DNA from: an uncultured Bacilli bacterium
GTDB lineage: Bacteria; Bacillota_I; Bacilli_A; RF39; UBA660
NCBI GenBank assembly: GCA_947629655.1
Contig: CANREL010000002.1
Coordinates: forward strand, 157,340-221,339
Reading direction: 5' to 3'
Length of the DNA stretch: 64,000 nt
The notes below the pieces were generated by a model that saw only the letters and a program-made list of their open reading frames with translations, ran no database searches and was not told the DNA's origin. This document shows positions 18,707 through 27,258 of the stretch, in pieces. The translations under genes were made by a program, and so were the position numbers. The stretch's first letter is position 1, and the number at the start of each line of letters is the position of its first letter.

Positions 18707-19234
18707 CTATAATAATTTTTCTAACTTACTATCATCAAAATTCAAACTATAAATTTTAATCTCTTTTTCAAGATCAAATATTAATCCTTTACTCTTTTCA
18801 TCTGGAACCGATATTAAAACAAATTTATCTTTTTTTCCATCAAAAGTTAATTCGTCATCTTTAGTTATATAAAACAACTTATAATTATCAAAATCTTCAT
18901 CAATAAAACTATCTTTATCAAATAAATCATTAACTAAAACTATCTTATTATGATAATAATTAATTTCATTTCTACAACTAGTTATGATGTATATATCTCT
19001 ACGTCCATTTAGAACTTTTAAACATTTATCAAAAGATAATCCATAACTATCTCTCTTATCCAAAAAGACATAATATTTTAAGCCCTCAGGAATGTTTTTA
19101 ATAAACGTATCCAAATCATTTATATTACCCGTTAAAAAATAAATATTAGAAATATCATTTTCTAGTGAATATTGACAAATTTTATTAATTCTATCAATAT
19201 CACAACCATTAATAGCTACGAACAATGACTTCAT
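18707..19234 (-). CDS. Hypothetical protein, possibly a degenerate YfcE-like phosphoesterase fold
   Basis: 175 aa. By eye the motif positions of small metallophosphoesterases are present but the ligands are replaced: VAINGCDID, FLTGNIND, VFLDKRDS, ITSCRN. Confidence 0.35.
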   Translation of the reverse strand: MKSLFVAINGCDIDRINKICQYSLENDISNIYFLTGNINDLDTFIKNIPEGLKYYVFLDKRDSYGLSFDKCLKVLNGRRDIYIITSCRNEINYYHNKIVLVNDLFDKDSFIDEDFDNYKLFYITKDDELTFDGKKDKFVLISVPDEKSKGLIFDLEKEIKIYSLNFDDSKLEKLL

Positions 19235-19238
19235 CTAT

Positions 19239-20003
19239 TCACCTATTATCAGATTGCACAATACCAGTCTTCATGCTACCTAAGCGTAACACTGGACCTT
19301 TATCAGATGGCATCTCTGATTTATTTTGGTATGATATTTGGATTTGTTCATCAGTAATCGCATCAGTGACTAAGACTTGTTTATCATAACTCAATTGATT
19401 GTAGAACGCTGTCGCTTTAGAAACATCACCAACCGAATTGAATCCGATGAGTGGTGTTGAATGACCTTTATTTTGATAAATACTCTTTAAAGGTGCTACA
19501 TATAAGACGCAATATCCATTTTCGAGATATTTTCTACTCAATCCTCTATCATTACTAGATGCAACAATCGTTACATCAACACTAGGATCTTGTTGATAAA
19601 TAACTTCATCTAAATCTTCAACTTTTTCTTCATCTGGAACTTTATCAAAACCGTTTAAACAATTGATACGACGACCTTCAAAATTCATGATCATTTTAGA
19701 ACTCGTTGTCAAATCGATATCCTTTCTCTTTCTGATGGCAAACTGACAATCGTTATATGACAAATGACGAGCATCACTACCAGCTAATAACACATGTGTT
19801 CGGCAATTGTTATTAAGTTCTGGAATGATGTCTAAAAATTCTTTTAAAGATTTAGATCTATTCTTACTCTTTAAAATATCATGCGTCATTAAAACAATAT
19901 CGTCGACACCACTAAAAATCGCAAAGCGATAGAATTCCAACAATGCGTATTTTGACTCAAATGATAAATCATCTAAGTATAATGAAAGTATTGTCTTTTT
20001 CAC
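19239..20003 (-). CDS. Hypothetical protein, possibly a degenerate metallophosphoesterase paralog
   Basis: Start moved to GTG 20003 (MKKTILSLYLDDL) behind a GGGGGGA RBS; the ORF track uses TTG 20018. Motif-like positions are LSLYLDDL, LMTHDI and LLAGSDARH, with metal ligands replaced. Confidence 0.35.
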   Translation of the reverse strand: MKKTILSLYLDDLSFESKYALLEFYRFAIFSGVDDIVLMTHDILKSKNRSKSLKEFLDIIPELNNNCRTHVLLAGSDARHLSYNDCQFAIRKRKDIDLTTSSKMIMNFEGRRINCLNGFDKVPDEEKVEDLDEVIYQQDPSVDVTIVASSNDRGLSRKYLENGYCVLYVAPLKSIYQNKGHSTPLIGFNSVGDVSKATAFYNQLSYDKQVLVTDAITDEQIQISYQNKSEMPSDKGPVLRLGSMKTGIVQSDNR

Positions 20004-20036
20004 ACAGATTCCCCCCAATACTCAATAATTGGACAA

Positions 20037-20065
20037 ATTATACTACAAAATCCCAAAAAAGTCAA
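20037..20065 (-). promoter_or_regulatory. Near-consensus sigma-A promoter of the phosphoesterase operon
   Basis: Minus strand: TTGACT (20065-20060), a 17-nt spacer, then TATAAT (20042-20037). Confidence 0.6.
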
Positions 20066-20081
20066 TGTTTATAACTTTATC

Positions 20082-20110
20082 CTTTATTTTTAATATTTTT
20101 ATGTTATAAT
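20082..20110 (+). promoter_or_regulatory. Putative def promoter (extended -10)
   Basis: TGTTATAAT at 20102-20110 with a weak -35 about 17 nt upstream. GGTGG RBS precedes ATG 20131. Confidence 0.35.
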
Positions 20111-20130
20111 GTAAACGTTGGTGGTTTACT

Positions 20131-20679
20131 ATGTTAAAAGATAAAGATATACTAGATGAAAAGAATAAATTACTTCATACCAAGAGTAAAGATGTCACTT
20201 TTCCAATGACTGAAAAAGATAAAAAAATGATTGATGACATGATTGAACATTTAACGCTCAGTCAAATTCCTGAAGAGAGTGAAAAGTATGATTTACGACC
20301 AGGAATGGGCCTTGCAGCTATTCAAGTTGGTATTCCTAAACGTTATTTCGTCGTCGTCTATGAATATGAAGAAGGAAAATTTGAAAATTATGTACTAATA
20401 AATCCTAAAATTGTCAGTGCTTCTAATGAAATGATATATGTTGAAGAAGGTGAAGGTTGCCTAAGTGTCAATCGTCCAACGGAAGGAATCGTTTTACGCC
20501 ATGCTAGAATAACCATGGAAGGATATAATACTGAAGGTGAAAAAGTTAGATATCGCGTTCGTGAAGACTTAGCTATCGCTTTTCAACATGAATATGACCA
20601 TTTAGAGGGAATCCTTTTCACTGATAAAATTGATAAAAAAGATCCATATAAAGGAAAAGATCAATATCGTGCCATTTAA
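20131..20679 (+). CDS. def: Peptide deformylase
   Basis: 182 aa. Carries the three PDF motifs GMGLAAIQVG, EGCLS and QHEYDHLEG. Confidence 0.95.
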   Translation: MLKDKDILDEKNKLLHTKSKDVTFPMTEKDKKMIDDMIEHLTLSQIPEESEKYDLRPGMGLAAIQVGIPKRYFVVVYEYEEGKFENYVLINPKIVSASNEMIYVEEGEGCLSVNRPTEGIVLRHARITMEGYNTEGEKVRYRVREDLAIAFQHEYDHLEGILFTDKIDKKDPYKGKDQYRAI

Positions 20680-20706
20680 AAAGAGACATCGTCTCTTTTT
20701 TTATGC
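20679..20706. terminator. Bidirectional terminator between def and pbp2B
   Basis: AAGAGAC atc GTCTCTT flanked by AAAA and TTTTTT. Confidence 0.55.
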
Positions 20707-20716
20707 TCTAATTATG

Positions 20717-22942
20717 TCATTTAATCTCATCTTGATTTTCTGCTTCTTCCTGTTTTTCTTCTTTTTCATAGTAATCTTTTAAATAGACAGTAATTGTCAT
20801 ATCTTTATCAATATAAGTATCTTTACTTATGCTTTGATCGTAGACATAACCATTTCCTTGAATGTCATACTTGATATTTAAATATGACAAAATCGTTTTT
20901 ACTTGACTCAAACTATATCCATTTAAATCAGGTACTTTTACATGCGTATCATCATTAGTTACCAAAATGACCATATCTTTAGAAGTCAAAACAGAACCAT
21001 TTTTTGGATATTGATCAATTACCTTATCGCCTTCCCCTATTACTACAATCCTGATACCTGAACTACTCAAAGAATTGATAACATCTTCTGTCTTTTTATT
21101 CTTATAACTTAGAATTGTATATTTATCTAATTTTTTAGATACTTGTTCTTCTCCGTCATAGATATCGTAATAACTGCTGATATTAGTAACTATTTCTTTG
21201 ACAACCGTCGACATCGGTTTAACTCTTCCACCGCCACCATCATCTGGTTTTTTTGCTGCTACATAAAATATTATCTGCGGATCATCTTTCGGAAACATTC
21301 CCGCAATTCCCTTAATGACTTCACCAGTGTCATATCCTGATTTGGAAGCAACTTGTGCTGAACCTGTCTTCAATATCAAATTATATCCTTTCATGTAATA
21401 AGGATAACCCGTACAAGTACGACTATTACCACTGATAACATCTTCCATTAAATCTTTCATCTTATTGACAGTCGAAGTTGAAGCCACTTGATATATCTCT
21501 GTCCTTTCACCCTTATAAGTGACATTTCCTTCACTATCAACTATTTTATCAACGTAATAAGGTTTTAATAACATTCCATCATTAGCAATCGAAGTCAAAG
21601 CTTTAATATTTTGAATTGGTGTCGTCGTAATACCTTGTCCAAATCCAGCATTGTAATATTCAGTTTCATAATTGAAAGAAATCTTACCAACCGCTTCATT
21701 AGGTAGTTCAACTCCTGTTAGACTACCAAAGCCCATTTTATTAAAATAACTTTTCAAAGTTGCCTGATTAATATTGTTGCGAAGAAGAGAAATTACTCCC
21801 GTATTACTCGATAATGCAAACCCACGGTCATAACTTATATTTCCCCAACCACGACGTTCCCAGTCACCAATCTCCGTTCCATCTTTCGTTTTAAAAACGC
21901 CTGATTTATACGTCTTATTACCATCATAATCACTATTTTCCATCGTTGCCATATACGTCCATATTTTCATCGTTGAACCAGGTTCAAAAGCAACGGCTAC
22001 ATTGTAGTCCAAATAATTAGTCATATTGCGCTTATTCGGATCAAAAGACGGATCCGAAGTTGAAGCTAAAATAGCTCCTGTTTTGGCATCAGCTACTAAA
22101 ATGGTATACCATTCCCACTTATATTTCTTCTGTTTAGCATTTTGTAAGGCTTGTTCCAAGAACAATTGCACATTCGCATCAATACTCAAATAAATGTCAT
22201 TACCATCAACAGCTGGAAAAGTTATATCTTTAGTATCCGCAATTCGATAACCATTTCGATCTCTTTGATAAAAAGTTGAACCATTAGTACCACGTAAAAT
22301 ATCATCATATTGTTTTTCGATTCCCATCTCACCTACTAGAGTCGTTACTTCATTACCGTTTTCATCGACATATGTTTTCTCTTTGGCATATCCAAGTGTA
22401 TAAGATAAGAAATCACCATACGGATAATATCTTTTTTGCGTCGTTAAAAAATCGATTCCTGGCAGATTTAAATCCTTTATCTCGTCTTTCTGAAGTTCCG
22501 TCAATCCCTTTCCAGCTGGTCCAAACTCTGTTTGATAAACACCTTTTTTAGATAGATATTTGACAATCGTATCATAATCGAGATTGATAACTTTTGACAA
22601 TTCCGTTGCTGTATAATCGATATCGACAACGTGTTGTGGCTTTTTTTCATCAGTCGTACGCGATGGATCGAGATAAGCAATCAAAGTATATGAAGAAACA
22701 GTCTCCGCTAAAACATTACCATTAACATCATAAATAGTTCCCCTTTTAGCTAATAGTGTTTTGGTCGTACTATTTCTATTGCTAGCAAATTCTTGAATAT
22801 CAATATCATCAATTTTTTCAGATAGAGCTAAAACTGATAATCGCGCTATGACAACACAAAAAGAAAGAAGACCAATCATTATGAGCCATACCGGTAATTT
22901 AATGGTATTAGAACTAACTTTTGTCTTCTTTTTATTTTTCAT
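20717..22942 (-). CDS. pbpB: Class B penicillin-binding protein 2B (FtsI-type) with C-terminal PASTA domains
   Basis: 741 aa with an N-terminal TM anchor. Transpeptidase motifs are STMK (EPGSTMK), SSN (ALSSN) and KTG (LKTGSAQ). Two PASTA-like repeats sit at the C-terminus. The gene follows mraZ-rsmH-ftsL. Confidence 0.9.
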   Translation of the reverse strand: MKNKKKTKVSSNTIKLPVWLIMIGLLSFCVVIARLSVLALSEKIDDIDIQEFASNRNSTTKTLLAKRGTIYDVNGNVLAETVSSYTLIAYLDPSRTTDEKKPQHVVDIDYTATELSKVINLDYDTIVKYLSKKGVYQTEFGPAGKGLTELQKDEIKDLNLPGIDFLTTQKRYYPYGDFLSYTLGYAKEKTYVDENGNEVTTLVGEMGIEKQYDDILRGTNGSTFYQRDRNGYRIADTKDITFPAVDGNDIYLSIDANVQLFLEQALQNAKQKKYKWEWYTILVADAKTGAILASTSDPSFDPNKRNMTNYLDYNVAVAFEPGSTMKIWTYMATMENSDYDGNKTYKSGVFKTKDGTEIGDWERRGWGNISYDRGFALSSNTGVISLLRNNINQATLKSYFNKMGFGSLTGVELPNEAVGKISFNYETEYYNAGFGQGITTTPIQNIKALTSIANDGMLLKPYYVDKIVDSEGNVTYKGERTEIYQVASTSTVNKMKDLMEDVISGNSRTCTGYPYYMKGYNLILKTGSAQVASKSGYDTGEVIKGIAGMFPKDDPQIIFYVAAKKPDDGGGGRVKPMSTVVKEIVTNISSYYDIYDGEEQVSKKLDKYTILSYKNKKTEDVINSLSSSGIRIVVIGEGDKVIDQYPKNGSVLTSKDMVILVTNDDTHVKVPDLNGYSLSQVKTILSYLNIKYDIQGNGYVYDQSISKDTYIDKDMTITVYLKDYYEKEEKQEEAENQDEIK

Positions 22943-22954
22943 TATCTCACTATC

Positions 22955-23266
22955 CTATTCTGAAGTATTGACATATTTTATATTATCATTATTATAACTC
23001 AATCCTTCAGACTCTGCAACTTCTTGTATTTTATCGAGTGATGCAAGTTCACTTATTTTCATCGACAAGCTTTGATTTGTTCGCTCTTGAGCTGTTATTT
23101 CATTTTTAATCTTTTCAACGTCATAATTGACTTTTGATAAAGTAGCTTGAGAGAAAACGATCGCCAAAGGAGCTATAACTACTAAAATTAATGTAAAACC
23201 ATATAAAAGTCTTTCGAATTTACTTATTTTGTATATTCTTCTAACTTTTACTTTTTTCTTTTTCAT
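22955..23266 (-). CDS. ftsL: Cell division protein FtsL
   Basis: 103 aa, bitopic: a basic N-terminus, a TM segment and a coiled-coil. It occupies the conserved position between rsmH and pbp2B. Confidence 0.7.
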   Translation of the reverse strand: MKKKKVKVRRIYKISKFERLLYGFTLILVVIAPLAIVFSQATLSKVNYDVEKIKNEITAQERTNQSLSMKISELASLDKIQEVAESEGLSYNNDNIKYVNTSE

Positions 23267-23286
23267 AATAGTCCCTCTTTTCTTTT

Positions 23287-24210
23287 TTATTTTATTCTTT
23301 CGATTATTCTTAACTTGCTACTCCTACTTCTATTATTATTTTCAAGTTCCTCCTCACTTGGAGTAATTGCTTTATGATTGATTAATTTAAAATCTGGTTG
23401 ATATTCTTCTGGTATGTTAGGTAATCCTTTAACTTTAGGATCAATTTCTGTCATTTCTCTAAATATGTTTTTAACTATTCTGTCCTCTAATGAATGAAAA
23501 GTAATGACAGCTATTCGTCCTCCAACTTTTAATAATGACAAGCTATCACGAATCGCTCTATCTAAAATTTCTAATTCATTATTGACTTCTATTCTAATGG
23601 CTTGAAACACTTTACGAGCTGGATGTTTATCACGTTTAGCTCTTTCTGAAACTGATGATTTAATTATTTCAACTAATTCCAAAGTTGTTTCAATTTCCTT
23701 ATTTTCACGATATTTAACGATATTTCTAGCAATACTTCGTGCATATTTTTCTTCACCATATTCAAAAAATATCTTTGCTAGTTTTTCTTCCGAATAAGTA
23801 TTTACGACAACATGTGCTGACAATTCTTGATTTTGATTCATACGCATATCTAATTTGGCATCTAAGTGATAACTGAAACCGCGTTCTTGTTCATCGAGTT
23901 GTGGTGAAGATACACCTAAATCAAAAAGTATACCATCTACTTCTTTTATATTTCTTTTCTGTAATTCTTCCTTAATGTTGACGAAATTACTATTTATGAT
24001 CTCATAGTTAGAAGCAATCTTCGACAATTTCTCATCGCTATATTCAATTGCTTCACTATCTTGATCAAAGGCGAAAAGACAACCCCTTCTTATTCGCTTT
24101 AATATTTCACTGGAATGACCAGCATAACCTAATGTACAATCTACGTAGATACCGTCTTCTTTCAAATTAAGTCCATCGATAGATTCTTTCAAAAGTACGC
24201 TAATATGCAT
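23287..24210 (-). CDS. rsmH: 16S rRNA (cytosine1402-N4)-methyltransferase
   Basis: 307 aa. Shows HISVLLKE, DCTLGYAGHS, FDLGVSSPQLD and ITFHSLEDRIVK. Confidence 0.95.
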   Translation of the reverse strand: MHISVLLKESIDGLNLKEDGIYVDCTLGYAGHSSEILKRIRRGCLFAFDQDSEAIEYSDEKLSKIASNYEIINSNFVNIKEELQKRNIKEVDGILFDLGVSSPQLDEQERGFSYHLDAKLDMRMNQNQELSAHVVVNTYSEEKLAKIFFEYGEEKYARSIARNIVKYRENKEIETTLELVEIIKSSVSERAKRDKHPARKVFQAIRIEVNNELEILDRAIRDSLSLLKVGGRIAVITFHSLEDRIVKNIFREMTEIDPKVKGLPNIPEEYQPDFKLINHKAITPSEEELENNNRSRSSKLRIIERIK

Positions 24211-24212
24211 GT

Positions 24213-24659
24213 TTAATCACCATTTTCCCAATTTGAATCAAATAAATTTTCAGCAATATTTGACAATTCATCTTTATTGGAGTTATAAAAATTATTCCAT
24301 TTTTCTAAAGACCAAATTTCAAGGCGATCTCCTACGCCGATTATTACACATTCTTTTTCTAAACCGGCGTAAGAAATCAATGGAGAGGTAATATTGATTC
24401 GACCTTGTTTGTCAAATACTGTTGCAGTAGCACCAGATAGGAAGAATCTCATAAAACTACGAGCGTCCTTCTTAGTGAAAGGTAAATTATTTAAACGAGA
24501 TGTAATTTTTGCCCATTCGGTCTTTGGATAAACGAACAGACATTCCTCAAGACCACGAGTAACCACAAATTCTTCGCCTAAATCATCGCGAAACTTGGAA
24601 GGTAAAATCAACCTTCCCTTTTCATCAATGTTATGATGGAACTCTCCCATTAGCATCAT
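24213..24659 (-). CDS. mraZ: Transcriptional regulator MraZ
   Basis: Start moved to ATG 24659 (MMLMGEFHHNIDEKGRL) behind GGGGGA. Has two SpoVT/AbrB-like halves, each with DxxGR (DEKGRL, DKQGRI). Confidence 0.9.
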   Translation of the reverse strand: MMLMGEFHHNIDEKGRLILPSKFRDDLGEEFVVTRGLEECLFVYPKTEWAKITSRLNNLPFTKKDARSFMRFFLSGATATVFDKQGRINITSPLISYAGLEKECVIIGVGDRLEIWSLEKWNNFYNSNKDELSNIAENLFDSNWENGD

Positions 24660-24666
24660 TACATCC

Positions 24667-24730
24667 CCCACTTTTCACCACAATCAACCACTGCTACTAT
24701 TATAATACTATCTCATTCCCACTTTGTAAA
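24667..24730 (-). promoter_or_regulatory. mraZ promoter with phased MraZ operator boxes
   Basis: Minus strand: TTTACA (24730-24725), 17 nt, TATTAT (24707-24702). Three direct GTGG[T/G] boxes lie at exact 10-nt phasing (24691-24687, 24681-24677, 24671-24667). A fourth GTGGG sits at 24722-24718, next to the -35. Confidence 0.6.
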
Positions 24731-24740
24731 GGGTGAAAAT

Positions 24741-24771
24741 AAAAAAAAGACACATTTTACAAAAATGTGTC
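24741..24771 (-). terminator. Intrinsic terminator after thrS
   Basis: Stem GACACATTT / AAATGTGTC followed by an 8-nt T-run on the minus strand. Confidence 0.7.
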
Positions 24772-24783
24772 CAATGCTCTTTT

Positions 24784-26538
24784 TTACTTTAATAAAGCTT
24801 TTGTATCGATTTTTTCTTTAATCATCGCAATGAATTCTTCAAGTTTGACAGTAGTTGTTTCCTGTTCACCATATAGACGATAAGTAACTGTTCCATTCTC
24901 TTGTTCCTTATCACCCAAAACTAAGCTGTATGGTATTTTCATAGTTTGACTCTCACGCATACGATAACCAAGTTTCTCATTGCGATTATCAAGTTCAACT
25001 CTCATATTTTCCTTTTTCAATGCTTCTACTACTTTTCGTGCGTATTCATCATGTGCTTCAACATTGACAGGTATGACATTGACTTGAACAGGCGCAAGCC
25101 AAGTTGGGAAAGCCCCTGCAAAATGTTCAATCAATATACCAATAAATCTTTCGATTGAACCAAAAATGACGCGGTGCAACATGATTGGTCTTTTCTTAGA
25201 TCCATCACGATCGATATAAGTCAAATCAAATCTTTCAGGTAAATTAGCATCTAATTGAATAGTTCCACACTGCCATACTCTTCCTAGTGAATCTTTGATG
25301 TGGAAATCTAGTTTAGGTCCATAGAATGCTCCATCACCAGGATTTATCTTACAATCATGACCAGAACGATGACAAGCATCACTCAATATTTTCTCACTAC
25401 GATTCCATGATTCAATCGTTCCGATATATTTCTCTTCTGGTCTTGTTGACAATTCTATTTCATAAGAAAGCCCAAAAATTGAATAAATGCGATCGATGAA
25501 AGCAATCAAACGAATAATTTCATCTTCAATCTGATCTTCACGCATGAAAATGTGAGCATCATCTTGCGTAAAAGTACGAACTCTAAATAGACCATTTAAA
25601 GCTCCACTTGCTTCATGACGATGAACTTGCCCCAATTCACCACAACGAATAGGTAAATCTTTATATGAATGAAGACTATTCTTATAGACTAGCATTCCAC
25701 CAGGACAATTCATTGGTTTAATAGCGAACTCCTTTTCATCAATTGTTGAAGTGTACATGTTTTCACGATAGTTATCCCAGTGTCCAGATACTTCCCAAAG
25801 TTCACGACTCAACATTATTGGTGTCTTAATGAACTCATACCCCTCTTTAGTATGTTCTTCATACCAGAAATTTTCAAGAATATTTCTGATGATCATTCCC
25901 TTAGGTAAGAAGAATGGAAATCCTGGTCCATATTCGCTGATCATGAACAATCCCAATTCTTTACCAAGTTTTTTGTGATCTCTTCGTTCAGCTTCTTCAA
26001 GCATTTTTAGATATTCATTTAGTTCTTCTTCCGTTTCAAAACAAATACCATAAATTCTTTGAAGCATCTTGTTATTAGCGTCACCCTTCCAATAAGCACC
26101 ACTAACCTTTAATAATTTAAAATACTTTAATTCTTTCGTAGATTCAACATGTGGTCCACGACATAGATCAGTAAAATCACCTTGCGTATAACAAGAGATA
26201 ACTTGTTCATCTTCATCCATTCTTGAAATTAAATCAACTTTATACGGATCATTTTTGAACATTTCTAAAGCTTCTTCTTTAGATATCTCATGACGAATGA
26301 TTTTCTTACCGTCTTTGGCACACTTTTTCATCTCTTTTTCTATTTTTTCTAAATCTTCTTCTTTTATGACTTCATCACCTAAATCGATATCATAATAAAA
26401 TCCATTTTCAATGACTGGTCCTACCCAAAATAGAGCATTTGGATATAAATGTTTCACAGCTTGTGCAAGCAAATGCGCACAAGAGTGATTCATGATACTT
26501 AATTTTTCATTTTCTTTAATATTTATCATATTAATCAT
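24784..26538 (-). CDS. thrS: Threonine--tRNA ligase lacking the N-terminal TGS domain
   Basis: 584 aa. It begins almost directly at the editing (second additional) domain HxxxH (IMNHSCAHLLAQAV). Class II motifs follow (FRVRTFTQDDAHIF, GTIQLD), then an anticodon-binding domain. Confidence 0.95.
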   Translation of the reverse strand: MINMINIKENEKLSIMNHSCAHLLAQAVKHLYPNALFWVGPVIENGFYYDIDLGDEVIKEEDLEKIEKEMKKCAKDGKKIIRHEISKEEALEMFKNDPYKVDLISRMDEDEQVISCYTQGDFTDLCRGPHVESTKELKYFKLLKVSGAYWKGDANNKMLQRIYGICFETEEELNEYLKMLEEAERRDHKKLGKELGLFMISEYGPGFPFFLPKGMIIRNILENFWYEEHTKEGYEFIKTPIMLSRELWEVSGHWDNYRENMYTSTIDEKEFAIKPMNCPGGMLVYKNSLHSYKDLPIRCGELGQVHRHEASGALNGLFRVRTFTQDDAHIFMREDQIEDEIIRLIAFIDRIYSIFGLSYEIELSTRPEEKYIGTIESWNRSEKILSDACHRSGHDCKINPGDGAFYGPKLDFHIKDSLGRVWQCGTIQLDANLPERFDLTYIDRDGSKKRPIMLHRVIFGSIERFIGILIEHFAGAFPTWLAPVQVNVIPVNVEAHDEYARKVVEALKKENMRVELDNRNEKLGYRMRESQTMKIPYSLVLGDKEQENGTVTYRLYGEQETTTVKLEEFIAMIKEKIDTKALLK

Positions 26539-26995
26539 CCCTTCTTTTTAACTTTATTATTTTTCTTTTAACTTTATCATCACAATAACCTGTATTGATT
26601 GGTATTATTTTATCATCTTCTACTTTTCTTTCTTCTTCCATGATGTCAAGAATGTTAAAAATGACTTCTCGAGCTTTTTGTCTTATGTGCGGATTTTGAT
26701 TTTTTCCAAGACTCCACAATTCCTCTATTTTCAAGTTTGGTAATACACTTTCTAAAACGCGTTCCTCAATGAAGTGCCTATCATCAATCAAAAATCTTGC
26801 CAATGCATCTCCAAGCGCCAAGCGCTCGGTGCCTTCACTTCGCAAATACTTTATATAGACCTCTTTATAGGAAAGAAAAGAATATCTTTCACTTAAAATA
26901 TTTCTTATCTTTTCGTTGAATTCTTCATCATCATTTTGTCTCGACAAAGCTATTAAGGTCTTTGTTGAATAATCTTTAAGTTTCGGTTTTTTCAT
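26531..26995 (-). CDS. Hypothetical 154-aa protein encoded between the T-box leader and thrS
   Basis: Start moved to ATG 26995 (MKKPKLKDYS) behind GGAGGAAGAG; the ORF-track N-terminal extension translates the T-box terminator. The stop overlaps the thrS start by 8 nt. The protein is helical and charged, with no family recognised. Confidence 0.5.
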   Translation of the reverse strand: MKKPKLKDYSTKTLIALSRQNDDEEFNEKIRNILSERYSFLSYKEVYIKYLRSEGTERLALGDALARFLIDDRHFIEERVLESVLPNLKIEELWSLGKNQNPHIRQKAREVIFNILDIMEEERKVEDDKIIPINTGYCDDKVKRKIIKLKRRDD

Positions 26996-27007
26996 CTCTT
27001 CCTCCAA

Positions 27008-27209
27008 ATAAAAACTCCTGTTATAAACATAACAGGAGTGCATTACACGGTACCATCCGGTATTTTTTCTCAATTCTTTTAACGAGTATTCCTACCCGGG
27101 AATCCTATTAAGGTCCTACTACAAGAAGAGTAACTTCATGAACTCATATTTGTTTCCACCAACCACAAACTCTCTATAAATATACTCATGAAATCGTATT
27201 TCTTGTCAA
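27008..27209 (-). promoter_or_regulatory. T-box riboswitch leader (plus putative promoter) upstream of orf154-thrS
   Basis: Minus strand: TTGACA (27209-27204) with an A/T-rich -10 near 27186-27180. AGAGAG box at 27175-27170, then GGTTGGTGGAAAC. The candidate specifier region GAAGUUACUC contains ACU (27131-27129). T-box core is CCGGATGGTACCGTG (27060-27046). Terminator is ACTCCTGTTAT...ATAACAGGAGTTTTT (27039-27010). Confidence 0.8.
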
Positions 27210-27258
27210 TGTATTTAACAATACCTATAATATCACATTTTTTTCTTTTGTCAATAAA

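Noticed and set aside
14423-20018. RecD2 helicase plus the adjacent phosphoesterase trio as one helicase-nuclease defence island
   Set aside because: recD2 looks like the standard housekeeping RecD2 with full motifs. It is separated from the trio by a plus-strand yjcZ-like gene and a terminator. The trio has its own consensus promoter. No other defence hallmarks (methylases, integrases, abrupt composition change) are visible.
27129-27134. Reading the thrS T-box specifier as GUU (Val) rather than ACU (Thr)
   Set aside because: GUU followed by A fits the codon-plus-purine rule, but the downstream gene is clearly thrS and ACU is adjacent. I cannot fold the specifier loop reliably by eye. I do not claim a mismatched specifier and only flag the ambiguity.
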